Positions 13,268 through 26,487 of a DNA stretch of 64,000 bases are shown here, piece after piece. Made by a program: the position numbers and the translations under genes. This DNA comes from Haliotis rufescens (Eukaryota), in the NCBI RefSeq assembly GCF_023055435.1, contig NW_025964372.1, forward strand, positions 44,268,001-44,332,000. The letters run 5' to 3'. Within the stretch, counting starts at the first letter, position 1, and the number at the start of each line of letters is the position of its first letter. The notes under the pieces are model-generated. The model searched no databases. It worked only from the letters and a program-made list of their open reading frames with translations, and was not told the DNA's origin.

Positions 13268-15290
13268 GTCACCACAACCCCACACCACACAACACCACAC
13301 CACACCACACCACACCACACCACACCACACCACCAACAGCAACCAATCCCAAAACCACGCAGATTGACACCTCACTATTACCACAACACACAACCCAACA
13401 CCACAACCCTAATCCACGCAACCCCAAAACCACACATCCCAGACACAACCCCACACCACACAACCAACACCAACCAATCCCAAAACCACGCAGATTGACA
13501 CCTTGCTATTACCACAACACACAACCAAACACCACAACCCTAATCCACATAACCCCAAAACCACACATCCCAGACACAACCCCACAACACACAACCAACA
13601 CCAACCAATCGCTAAAACCATGCAGATTGACACCTCACTATTACTACAACACACAACCCAACACCACAACCCTAATCCACACAACCCCAAAACCACACAT
13701 CCCAGACACAACCCCACACCACACAACCAACACCAACCAATCCCAAAACCACGCAGATTGACACCTCACTATTACCACAACCCGCAACACACAACCCCAA
13801 CACCCCAAACCCAAAACCTCGCAGAATGGCACCACACTACCCCGACACCACACTATTACCACAACACACAACCCAACACCACAACCCTAATCCACACAAC
13901 CTCAAAACCACACATCCCACACACAACCCCACACCACACTACCCCGACACCACACTATTACCACAACACACAACCCAACACCACAACCCCAATCCACACA
14001 ACCCCAAAACCACACATACCACACCACACTATCTTGACACTAGAACCCCTCAGCCCACACCCCACTCCATACAACTAACTATTCCTCACAAACTTTCACC
14101 ACACTATCACAACACCACAACCCCACAGCACACCCAACAAACCTCACTCCACACAACCCTGACTCCTCACAACCTTTCACCACACTATCACGAAACCACA
14201 ACCCCACAAACCTCACTCCACACAACCTTGACTTCTCAGAACCTTTCACCACACTATCACAACACCAGAACCCCACAGCACACGCAACAAACCCCACTCC
14301 ACACAACCCTGACTTCTCACAACCTTTCACCACACTATCACGAAACCACAACCCCACAAACCTCACTCCACACAACCTTGACTTCTCAGAACCTTTCACC
14401 ACACTATCACAACACCAGAACCCCACAGCACACCCAACAAACCCCATTCCACACAACCCTGACTTCTCACAACCTTTCACCACACTATCACGAAACCACA
14501 ACCCCACAAACCTCACTCCACACAACCCTGACTTCTCAGAACCTTTCACCACACTATCACAACACCAGAACCCCACACCACACCCAACAAACCCCACTCC
14601 ACACAACCCTGACTTCTCAGAACCTTTCACCACAATATCACAACACAAGAACCCCACAGCACACCCAACAAACCCCACTCCACACAACCCTGACTTCTCA
14701 GAACCTTTCACCACACTATCACAACACCAGAACCCCACACCACACCCAACAAACCCCACTCCACACAACCCTGACTTCTCACAAACTTTCACCACACTAT
14801 CACGAAACCACAACCCCACAGCACACCCCACAAACCTCACTCCACACAACCCTGACTTCTCACAACTCTCACCACACTATCACGAAACCACAACCCCACA
14901 AACCTCACTCCACACAACCCTGACTTCTCAGAACCTTTCACCACACTATCACAACATCAGAACCCCACACCACACCCAACAAACCCCACTCCACACAACC
15001 CTGACTCCTCACAAACTTTCACCACACTATCACGAAACCACAACCCCACAGCACATCCCACAAACCTCACTCCACACAACCCTGACTTCTCACAACTCTC
15101 ACCACACTATCACGAAACCACAACCCCACAAACCTCACTCCACACAACCCTGACTTCTCAGAACCTTTCACCACACTATCACAACACCAGAACCCCACAC
15201 CACACCCAAAAAACCCCACTCCACACAACCCTGACATCTCACAACCTTTCACAACACTATCACGGAACCACAAGCCACAGCACACAAACT
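13268..15290. repeat. Compound CA-rich minisatellite: ~132-bp unit (x4), then alternating 69/57-bp units
   Basis: Periodic CAGATTGACACC, then CACCACACTATCAC units. Confidence 0.93.
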
Positions 15291-15425
15291 TACCTCAGCA
15301 CCACCAAGCCTACACAAGAGGATGTCCCGTGTTAGCTACCCACAAACCACCACCAGCGTATCATTCAGCTCCGCCTCATGTTCTACATGCCGCTACAGCT
15401 ATCTTCTGTCTGTTCTTTTCTGTAG

Positions 15426-15764
15426 ACAAGTCGTCCCCGTTTTGTGCCACGGTCAAAGTCCCATGACGACCCTTCTCTCGATCCTCGCCCTCCCACTGGA
15501 CGTATATATCGGCAGGGTGCTCGCATTGTGCGTTCCCGCTCGCCTTCTCTTAGCCCTGCCTCCAGCCCACAACCCACACGCAGACCACCTCCTCCGCTCG
15601 ACGCCGCATCACCACAGGCATATGTTGTCACTCGATGCGACTCCTCCGACTCTCTGAGTGCTAACGAGAGCTCCGCCCTGCTCCGAGATGACGACAAGAG
15701 CAAGTCGATGAGCTCATTGTACTATGCTGACGAGGATGTTCCAACCAAGACTCGTGTGGTGTAA
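15426..15764 (+). CDS. Probable terminal coding exon of gene 1 (TSRPRFVPRSKSHDD...ESSALL...TKTRVV*)
   Basis: Strong polypyrimidine tract plus tgtag| acceptor, phase 0, matching the 858 donor. GC-rich open frame to TAA, followed by AT-rich UTR-like sequence. Confidence 0.68.
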   Translation, partial: TSRPRFVPRSKSHDDPSLDPRPPTGRIYRQGARIVRSRSPSLSPASSPQPTRRPPPPLDAASPQAYVVTRCDSSDSLSANESSALLRDDDKSKSMSSLYYADEDVPTKTRVV

Positions 15765-16463
15765 TGTGAATATGTCTGATGTGTATTGCTACTGTTAACA
15801 TCCTAGTTGCAGTGTTGTGATGTCACGTAGACATGTGCTTCATTTTCTCACATTCCTACTCTGTCTAGTCCAAGTCAAAGGAGTACATACCAATAGACAT
15901 ACCGGTAGTACTCACATCAAGTCATGTTGTCCTTAATTTGTTTTCAAAATATGTTTTACATGAATATGTATTACCTAATGATATCAGAAGGAGGTGTCTT
16001 CTTGAGAATTTGAAATGCCCTGAAAGTAACTGTGCTTTGCAAAGTTTTTGTTAAATGTTTAATAGATATTGCGTTATAAACAATCATATGACATCAATGT
16101 GAAAAAGTATTTGTTTTTTAAATATGTTAAATTTTTTGTCGTGTTCAGAAAGTATTATAGATGAATCTTTTCATTCTTACAGAGATGCACGTCACTTATA
16201 CAATAAATTGTCTTGAAAGTTTTCTAAGTTTTATAACTATTTGAAAATATATATAAATGTTGATGATAAAGAAAGAATATTGTACAAATAAACAATATCT
16301 CCTGTATTTTCATGTAGTGCAAGTTCTTCAATGCAAAGACATTTCAGAAAAAAACATTTGCTAATATTTCGTGCTTCCTTCAATTTGTAGCCTGAAACTT
16401 ATCCCACGCTTGGCTTCCATTATAGCATTCAATGTGATAGCAGTGATCCTATTTCACACAAGG

Positions 16464-17083
16464 GCATATTGTGGTATTGTTAATCTATTGACTCTACACA
16501 TGGACATATTGCTGTGGTATTGTTAATCTATTGACTCTACACATGGACATATTGCTGTGGTATTGTTAATCTATTAACTCTACACATGGACATATTGCTG
16601 TGGTATTGTTAATCTATTGACTCTACACATGGACATATTGCTGTGGTATTGTTAATCTATTAACTCTACACATGGACATATTGCTGTGGTATTGTTAATC
16701 TATTGACTCTACACATGGACATATTGCTGTGGTATTGTTAATCTATTGACTCTACACATGGACATATTGCTGTGGTATTGTTAATCTATTGACTCTACAC
16801 ATGGACATATTGCTGTGGTATTGTTAATCTATTGACTCTACACATGGACATATTGCTGTGGTATTGTTAATCTATTGACTCTACACATGGACATATTGCT
16901 GTGGTATTGTTAATCTATTGACTCTACACATGGACATATTGCTGTGGTATTGTTAATCTATTGACTCTACACATGGACATATTGCTGTGGTATTGTTAAT
17001 CTATTGACTCTACACATGGACATATTGCTGTGGTATTGTTAATCTATTGACTCTACACATGGACATATTGCTGTGGTATTGCT
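16464..17083. repeat. 43-bp near-perfect tandem repeat, ~14 copies
   Basis: GACATATTGCTGTGGTATTGTTAATCTATTGACTCTACACATG. Confidence 0.97.
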
Positions 17084-17313
17084 AATATTTACACATAATG
17101 TTTTTCAGAGACTTGTGAACAACTTGTCTATGTATCTTATTTATCTGTTTATTTATGTAATATTTGCATGTGAGGCTTTGGAAGGTGATATCGTGAAACG
17201 TGCATGATTTTGTGAAACAATTATGGTGTATTATATTACTGTATGCTTGCTTTATGCTTTGAATGCTTTTTGCAAAGGTTTTATCAGTTGATATATGTTT
17301 CTCAGAGGAAATG

Positions 17314-17592
17314 GGGGGCACGGGTGGCCCAGTCGTCTAAGGCGCCGCGATTCGCTGTGCAGAGTTGCGTCCCTTGGGAACGCCAGAAACCTATGATTGT
17401 GGGTTCGAATCCCGGTTCGCCCCGATTATGTTTCTAGGTTTGTCAGCACCATACCCGTGCTCGTGGGTTTCACCGAAGTGGTAAACGTCTGAGACCTGCA
17501 TCAGTTCGGGCTTTCCTCCCACATTAAGCTGACACGCCGTGATATAACTGGAATACTGTTAAAAGCGGCGTTAAACCCAACTCACTCACTCA
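17314..17592 (+). mobile_element. SINE family C (tRNA-Leu-like head, V-SINE-like central motif), full length
   Basis: A box TGGCCCAGTCGTCTAAGGCG, B box GGTTCGAATCC, central CGTGGGTTT...TTTCCTCCCACA, (ACTC)n tail, TSD CTCAGAGGAAATG. Confidence 0.9.
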
Positions 17593-18467
17593 CTCAGAGG
17601 AAATGAGCCAGTGAGGGTAAGTGCAACCTTATCAGTCAAAGTATTTAAGGTCGTGTTCAAAATCTCCAAATATTGCGAATATTTTTTTCCGATTGCATAT
17701 TACTCAAAAGAAGTTAAAGAGCACTCATTTCTTCCATATGACTATAGTTAATCTGCCATGGCTGGTAGGTATTGCAACACACAGCTTTCCAATTGGAGGT
17801 GTTCTTTAACTTCTTTTGAGTAGTATATATACAAAGGGGCGTGTAGCGGCTTATTCTTGCCATCTATGGGGGATGTCAGTGACATAAGTTGGATGAAGGA
17901 TTTGGTGTTACAAGAATATTTTGTGAACATTTTTATTTATGGCCAATGAATTGCTTTCTTGCACTGAAGAACAGCAAGATAGCAAGACGCAGGATGAAGG
18001 GGGGTTGCACACACCACAAATCTCACGTCTAGTTTCACATTTCCTTAAGCACTGCTGCTGAACACATCAGTGATATGTCACAGAAAAGCTTTGAACTGTA
18101 TTGGATTCTACACAGCTTTTCGTCAACATGTAATCATTTCATGAATCATATCTTGAAGGTTTGTTTGCTTAATTTTCAGCTAGTAGTAAGAAATGAATAA
18201 TGTAGTGATAGGTTTATTAGTGTTATACTTGGCAGGTGTGTTTCTTATGTCTGTTTGAATTCGAAGGTAAGTACCCCATAACTTTAGCTATCCAGGGGAG
18301 GCCAGTCTCTACTATCAACAAAATCTGCAATCGTGTCAGCAATCTTTGGGTACCTTTTTTCATAAATTGACACGAAGAAAGCTCATAGGAAGAATGTACT
18401 GGGGTCATAATGGCCAACCAACCCTTAAGTTCAAAGGTGACCTAAAGGTTTCATCTCATGTATAAGA

Positions 18468-18600
18468 GTGAGTGAGTGAGTGAGTATGGTTTTACGCCGC
18501 TTTTAGCAATATTCCAGCAATATCACGGCAGGGGGACACCAGAAATGGGCTTCACACACTGTACCCATGTCGGCAATCGAACCCGGGTCTTTGGCGTGAC
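18468..18600 (-). mobile_element. SINE family A, 5'-truncated
   Basis: Near-identical to the 4925 copy; flanked by TCATGTATAAGA repeats. Confidence 0.85.
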
Positions 18601-19674
18601 GATCATGTATAAGATGTGGTAGGGGAGTAAAAATGACAATCAAGGCTAACAGCTGGCAACCAGAACCATGACTATGTTTATGACTTTGTATTGTCTATCT
18701 GCTCAAACAATAAATGCACATCTACTTGTATTGAATAGGAGTATATCAATTCATTTTTAGTCACGATCTTCACTTCCTGACAACATATGTTATGTGTATA
18801 TGGATAGCAGTTAAATGTTTTTTGCAGCAAGGTCTGTGTTTGGAAGGTTCCTTCTGTCACTGCATCATCTATGTTGCATTGTAACAGTCTATACCTTTTA
18901 TTTTTTCTTATGTGCGATGTTAAAATTCGACAAAGGAGTACCATATCTGTCCTAACAAGCACCATAGGACACTGCTGTGCTTTGTGAATGCCACCTCACA
19001 GCACTAATGATCACAAGACACATTTAGTTGCTAGTAAGCATGCACCAGTTAGACAATGTATGCTTCAGCTCAAGAGGGAGGGCCCTGAAGCAGAATATTT
19101 GCAGTGTTGTGGATTAATTTTTGAATGAACTGCACATGACAATTTTGTTCACAAATATTTTATTGACATTTACATATTATGAACTGAAATGAATTGAAGT
19201 ATTCTGGTATATAGGTGGAAAATGGTATCTTGTTTTGTATTGTTATGGAATAATGACTGAAGTAAAAAAAGGTTTAGCTCAAAAGAATTCAGCTCATATA
19301 ATTAAGATATATTATTGTATATGCACTTGTATGAAAACAATACGATCATGAAAGACTATGAGATACATATAGACTCACTCCCCGAGTATGTGTTTATTGG
19401 ACTGTGTAAAGAGCTTTATTTTAACAGTTGTGATAGTTCTCTGGAGAAATAACAAAATTATATGTACCAATTGTATATGAATGCTCTTATATATGGCTCA
19501 TTTTTACTTACTTTTGCATCAAGTACATACTGTTTGTTAAAGATATCTATATATTGATGTGATATCAGTCTACTTGTTATCGACAATCCTGCCCAATACA
19601 ACCTACAGTTTAATATTCAATGCAAATTTTCAACCTTATACTGACCATATTTAATCCAAATGGACCCAACCAAG

Positions 19675-20515
19675 GACACTTGTTATATTTGTAGCACATT
19701 TAAATCATAAAACTTACCTGTCAGCTCACAAGGTCTACTTGTTATATTTGAAGCACATTTAGATCATAAAACTTACCTGTCAGCTCACAAGGTCTACTTG
19801 TTATATTTGTAGCACATTTAAATCATAAAACTTACCTGTCAGCTCACAAGGTCTACTTGTTATATTTGAAGCACATTTAGATCATAAAACTTACCTGTCA
19901 GCTCACAAGGTCTACTTGTTATAGTTGAAGCACATTTAGATCATAAAACTTACCTGTCAGCTCACAAGGTCTACTTGTTATATTTGTAGCACATTTAAAT
20001 CATAAAACTTACTTGTCAGCTCAAAAAATCTACTTGTTTTAATTGTAGCACATGTAGGTCCTATAACAGATCCTTCAGCTCAAAGTCTACTTGTTTTATT
20101 TGTAGCACATTTAGATCATAAAACTTACTTGTCAACTCAAAAAATCTACTTGTTTTAATTGTAGCACATGTAGGTCCTATAAAAGATCCTTCAGCTCAAA
20201 GTCTACTTGTTATATTTGTAGCACATTTAGATCATAAAACTTACTTGTCAACTCAAAAAATCTACTTTTTTAATTGTAGCACATGTAGGTCATATAACAG
20301 ATCCTTCAGCTCACACAGTCTACTTGTTTTATTTGTAGCACATTTAGATCATATTACAGATCCATCAGCTCAAAGTCTACTTGTTTTATTTGAAGCACAT
20401 TTAAATCATAAAACACTGTAGTACATTTAGATCACAAGACAGATCCATCAGCTTACAAAGTACTTGTTATATTTGTAGCACATTTGGATCATAAGCAGAC
20501 CCTTCAGCTCACAAT
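19675..20515. repeat. ~59-bp tandem repeat, ~14 copies, with alternating variants
   Basis: CTACTTGTTATATTTGTAGCACATTTA... unit. Confidence 0.93.
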
Positions 20516-22293
20516 AGTGTACTCTTTGAATAGTGTGTAATTTCTGATTAATTATACTCTCAACACTGAACACAATGCGCCTGTTAGCAAATGGAAGTTC
20601 ACATATTTCTCAGTGTAGAGTTGTGTCCCTTGCTGCCAGAATCTTTTGATCAAGGGTTGGAAATTGTTCAGTGTTCCAATTTATTAAACTTTATGAAGTT
20701 AGAAACAAATTATAACACAATATTTTAGGTTGCAAGTGGTTGAATTAATTATTGAATCAAAGGGGATGCTTTTTAAGTAATCCGGGTTTTTTTCTGGTTT
20801 GGGGGCCAAAAACAACCACTTTCATCTCTTTGGGAAAACAAGCCTGCTACTGAACACACCCACAGCACCTGTTAGTATTTCTGATGGTCTTATGGTCCAT
20901 GGCAAGCAGAAATAACAGAGGGCATGCCATGATTTAAGGTCAGTGTGTCTGTCAGGGTCCTATACCCAACTATACGTGTACTGGTATAGAGTATACTCAT
21001 ATCTCGCGTCTCCAAGAAGCATGAAGCTGCTTCTTGTTGATTATACCTACCCATGCCTTTTTTTGGAATTGAGAAACCTAAACAAACCATCTACACATAA
21101 TCTTTATTTGTGAGTTGACAGGTCTGCCATGATTGTTAAACTTTAAAATAGTTAAAGTTATTTCAATCCCATCAGTGCCCATCAAATTACACTTCATATA
21201 TATTTTCACAAAACTGTAGCTCAAGTCATACTTTTGGTAAATACCAGTTTCTAGTATGGGTTTGTAGTTCACAAAGTATTTTGTACAAATATAATACATG
21301 TATATGTATGTTTAATATCTGAATAGTGAACTTCATTTTGAAATACTCATTACATAGTCAATAGTGATCTGTTTTCAGTTCTTTATGTTATTCAACAACA
21401 TAGATATTATTGTTGATGCATGTCATTTATCTCCGAGCTCAATTGTTATTCGTAAACGTCTCAAGAATAATTGTAAATATGCCTGAAAATTCATTGAAAC
21501 TTTGATTTTGAAATTCAAAGCAGATAAATAATTATAATTTAAACATTTGATTTGTGTCAAGCACAAGGCTTCAACTTGGTAGTCATATTTTGTGTGCTTT
21601 ATGCATAACTGATCTGTGAAATTTACTTCTTCTTTCTTTTTAAATTAAAAAACTTTAAATTATTTAATGTTTTGCCACTGAGATTATTAATGACACAAAA
21701 TATGTAACATGTAGCTATTTATTTTCACTTGACAAAAATATGTATTGTCAATTATCTATTATTTATTTAAACGTCTTTGTTATGGAAGTTTATTTAATGT
21801 TATTTTGTTAACTTGAAACAATAACATCATAGCAAGTAGCACTGTTATCATCAGCACCTGAGATATTTTATATGATTTATTAATTTTATACGGTATATGC
21901 AGTTATCAGCCATTTCATGGGAGTCTGTTTTGTATGGTACACCAGATTGGTTTTTTATATTCATAATTATGCATATCCATTTCTATAAATAGTTATATCA
22001 TAATGGTCATCAAATATGTACACCGAGAGAAAGTTGAGCACTATTTGCTAACTATTTCCATAAAATATAGCTCTTTTAAAAAATGCTATCCTGATCAAGT
22101 TTCTGACGAGACACAGTTGGTGTTTTTTACAAGGTAACATTCATATTGAAACACAAACCTAAACGGATTCTCGAATGATATGTTTTGCAAGATTTACATG
22201 AAAGTAGTTGTTAGACCTCCTTTTCCGTTGCTTCATATAATGACTATGTACTTAGTACCCTTGTGATACCAACCCTATGATCGTGGGTTTGAA

Positions 22294-22551
22294 TCCCGGT
22301 CAGAATAGGTCTTCAGCAACCCATGCTTGCCGTAAAAGGCGACTATGCTTGTCGTAAGAGGCAACTAACGGGAATGGGTGGTCAGGCTCTCTGACTTGGT
22401 TGATACATGTCATCATATCCCAATTGCGTGGATTGATGCCTGTGATGTCAATCACTGGATTGTCTGGTCCAGACTCGATTATTTACAGACCGCCGTCATA
22501 TAGCTTGAATATTGCTGAGTGCGGCGTTAAACAATAAACAAACAAACAAAC
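22294..22551 (+). mobile_element. Family B copy nested in a family C remnant (~22258-22665)
   Basis: C-head sequence upstream, and the C body resumes after the (AAAC)n tail. Confidence 0.8.
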
Positions 22552-23073
22552 TCAAAGTGGCAAACGTCTTAAGACCTGCATCACTTCGGGCTTCCATCCC
22601 ACATTAAGCTGACATGGGGGGATATAACTAGAATGCTGTTCAAATTTGTGTTTAACTCAGTCACTCTTGCCAACCTAATAAGCATCAATGGTATCTTAAA
22701 CATTTATTTACCTAAGATCAAATTCATATGTATATTTCAAATGATACATGGATGTTCGAAATATGTGAACAAAATAGATGTTGGTGCTTAACCTTTTCCC
22801 AGGTGTATATATTTTTAAAGTTATGATGAACAGAAACATTAATGTCTTCAGAAAAGTTTTCTTGGATACGGTACGTGTTCTTTAAGTAGAAAACCAAACT
22901 GAGATATGGTTAAATATGTTCAGCAATGCATGTCAGATATCTAAATGACATTAATGGTGTGGAGAAGCCGGTTATGTGTTGTCACCTTAACCTGGGTATA
23001 CACAAGCTATCCCAATACACTGTGAATGGTACATGTTTTTAGGGTTGACATTCATGACACAGAAACCTACAGT

Positions 23074-23621
23074 CATCTTCCCGAGGCAAGAGAGTTAACT
23101 GACTTTAAAAGTCCAGTTTCCACCCTTACTGAACTAGGCTGGTATTATGGAGTTATACTTTGGCTGGACTAACGTGTCTATGCATAGTCCAAACAAAATC
23201 GCTTAACGAAATCGAAATCCGGTTCGTAAACTGTCGCACAGATTTTGGTCGATTGCAAGATTTGCAAAGCATGTGCACCGGCAACTCATTGTCAACAGAT
23301 ATATTCCAAATCTTTTCACGTTTTTAATCAAGGTGCTCACGTGATTTGACGCACTTTGCGATTTAAGACCCGTTTTATCACAATATAGAAACCCTGATTA
23401 TCGATCAGATCATCTGGACTGGGTTGCCTCCATTTTGTTTGAAGCAAATGCAAGTGATAAGAGAGGTGGAATCTGATTGGTCCATAGGAAAGGCTTAGAA
23501 GGGATATAACTGGTAATAGCCACTGGTGGCACTACGATCGAGCCCAGGAATTTCAGCCTTGTTTGGCAAGGGTGGAAACTGGACTTTTAAAGTCAGTTAA
23601 GTCTCTTGTCTCAGGAAGATG
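23074..23621. mobile_element. 548-bp MITE with ~54-bp TIRs (CATCTTCC...GGAAGATG) and 8-bp TSD
   Basis: TSD CCTACAGT at 23066-23073 and 23622-23629; P- or hAT-like. Confidence 0.92.
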
Positions 23622-26240
23622 CCTACAGTAAGCCTTTAACTACTTGGCTTACAGATCCACCAGCACTCAGATGGGAAGCGGTTATGATTTTTGTAGGAAG
23701 TGGTTATGATTTTAGTATCTTGTTTTCCAGTTGCTGAGTGTGTGGTATATTTTTGGTACTGAGAAAAACTTCAATGTATGTCATTATTAGAAGTGAGGTA
23801 ATCCTTGTCATTCTAATAAAAATATCCCTTCTAACATTACTTTCTTTTCAGAAATCACTTGAAAGTTTAAAGCCTTTTTTTTTTTTACTTTTATATTTGT
23901 TTTGTACAACCAACCCTAATTTGTAAAGTAAATGATTATGAATTGAGACCTTACCTGGAAATGGCATTATGTTTGTTTGTGTGTGTTTCAACATAAAGAA
24001 TTTACCATGACATGTATGTAGAACCGTCGTGTCAGCATAATTGGGGTGACCTGGTTAAAATGTATTGATGATGATGATGATGATGTTGACGATGATGATG
24101 ATGATGTTATGACAGCATTCTGTCAGGTTTTATTTATTTATTGATGATGAGTGTGGTCATCATGATGCTTGATTTTGAACTGTTCACAGGACAACCATTT
24201 TATCCTTGATAAGGACATGGGATTTTTATTGTTATATTTTAATACATGCGATTTCTTATGAATATGGAAAGGATTTTGTCACTTTTTTATGTCAAGTGCA
24301 AGTGATCTTATTATTGCCCATCCATAAACCACTAGTAATTTTACAGCAAATTGTCTTTTCTTATATGTTTTTAAAAATATATGTCAGGGTGCAAGAAAGA
24401 TAAAATGGTTGGTACCTTCAATACAAATGATGCATCTGACACCATTGACACAAGGAAGGTTTAAGGGGAGTGCAATACGTGGTAAGAATTACATATTTTT
24501 TCTTTGAATGTGCATGGTGATCTTATGATCTTATGATCAATTTTAATTTCTACATAAGATTTGAAGCAAACATGGTTCCTATCACAGATGACTACAAGCA
24601 TATATCCTATACACTGTGTGATGAGAAATGAGTCCATGATATACAGACTGCAACTATAGGACCATCCAGACACTCAGAATATCTCTAGCAAGTGTTGAGT
24701 AGTATATGTGAATGTTATGTCATCTACTGCACTTAGTCTTCCTATAGGAAGGAATATGTGTCCACATTGTCATAGGTAAGATCCTACATGGTGACAGAAT
24801 CAGCAAGAATCCTGTGCCAATTTATCCTTGAATATCCTGGGTCTGACATCTCCATTCTGTTGGGATACATACCATGAACCCAATCGCTACAAAAATTAAA
24901 TCAATTATACTAAAAATAGCCATCCAATCAAATTACACAAATGAGCAAGGGAAATTCTGTGCTAAGTCAGAGAGATTGAGATGGTGACTTCTGTAGCATA
25001 GCTTTGGTGGCGAATGGGTCCAGGGTATTTTTCATAATTGATGTGTGAATTCCCTGTTCTTTATGAGCTAAAACTGGATTAATGTTCCCAAGCACCAATA
25101 TTAAACTCATTGATACGATGCATGTTCTGTATTGTCCTGTATCATTTAAAAAAATATATTTTCTGCATATAAGGTTTACAAAAGTTTAAACAATTTGGCT
25201 TAATGGTATGTATTTCATAACACAGTATGGCCCTGTGGTTGTCTTGAAATAATATCTGTAAGAAATATCAGTGATTGATTTTGACAAACAGCTGTTTTTG
25301 TTAAATATATTGACTTTTGACAACCATTTTCTCCCTAAGTGATGTTACTGATATCAACACGGACTTGTATATAGGTCCGTGGTATCAACAATACATTGTG
25401 ACACACAATTGTATATCAAACAGACCAGCATGCTAGGAATGATGTAAAAACGAGTACCGTGACTCCGGTGTATGGTTGCAGTTCTTTACACAATGGTAGA
25501 TTTGTGCTGAATATTGCCCATATTTTTAGATGAATGCTACTGCATCTCAAGTCCAAGATTCCTGTTTCACAACTCATTGTTAGGACAATAGAATTGTTAC
25601 AAGAAAAATGACAAATTGCATTGAATTGTTCTTGATTGGGACTCACATGAAATAGAGTTTCTTTTAGTAGTAGTTTTTGAAACAATTATACATGTATTCA
25701 TAATATTGACCAAGATATTCTGTAAAACCAGCAAACAAGATGGACTGGCCGGGCCATGCTAGGTCTCATTCGTGACAAACTCGTTTTATTCCGGGACAAG
25801 ACGAATAGCGACTCGTTCCCGCTCGACTGGGTTCTGTCTAAGCACAAACGGGCATAGTTATAGGGCGAGTGGAGACGAATGGCTCTGTCTGTGTGGTAGA
25901 GTCTTAGTGATGAGTGTGATGTATGAGTGAGGTAACTGAGACTAGCTGTAGGGCTATGTGAAACTGTTGGCCAAACTCCATGTTCTACTCAATCCCAATA
26001 GCATGTCAGGTTCCTGGCCAGTCAGGGCTTGTTGGGGTGTCTGCCAAATTCCCATGCCAGACTGTTAGGTGTTGTGTTTATACCTGTATCGTTGTTAGAC
26101 TTGGCAGCAGTCTTTTTTGTTGCTGTTGAAAAGTAATTTATTGCCAGAGAAAATAAACTGCTGTTTGTTCTCAGAATTAGTTTGTCATTTTTGTGGGCCA
26201 GACAAACCAGTGATTGATATTATGAACAACTTCCCATGAT

Positions 26241-26487
26241 TAGTTGGTTGGTTGGTTTGTTGTTTAACGCCACTCTCAGCAATATTCCAGCTATATGACG
26301 GGGTCTGTAAATAATCGAGTCTGGACCAGACAATCCAATGATTGGTATCATTAGCATTGATCCACGCAATTGGGATCGATGACATGCATCAACCAAGTCA
26401 TCGAGCCTGACCAACCGATCCCGTTAGTCGCCTTTTACGGCAAGCATGGGTTGCTGAAGACCTCTTCTACCCCGGATCTTCACGGGT
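26241..26487 (-). mobile_element. Family B, full length, single-hairpin head
   Basis: Reverse complement of the consensus. Confidence 0.88.

Noticed and set aside
13196-15285. Long His/Thr/Pro-rich ORFs (e.g. 13826-14923, 365 aa) and their antisense ORFs
   Set aside because: Translations of a CA-rich minisatellite that lacks stops on compositional grounds; no splice or homology support.
16464-17083. Regular 43-bp array (also the 33-bp array at 53 kb) as a CRISPR candidate
   Set aside because: Head-to-tail repeats without unique spacers, no cas genes, eukaryotic context.
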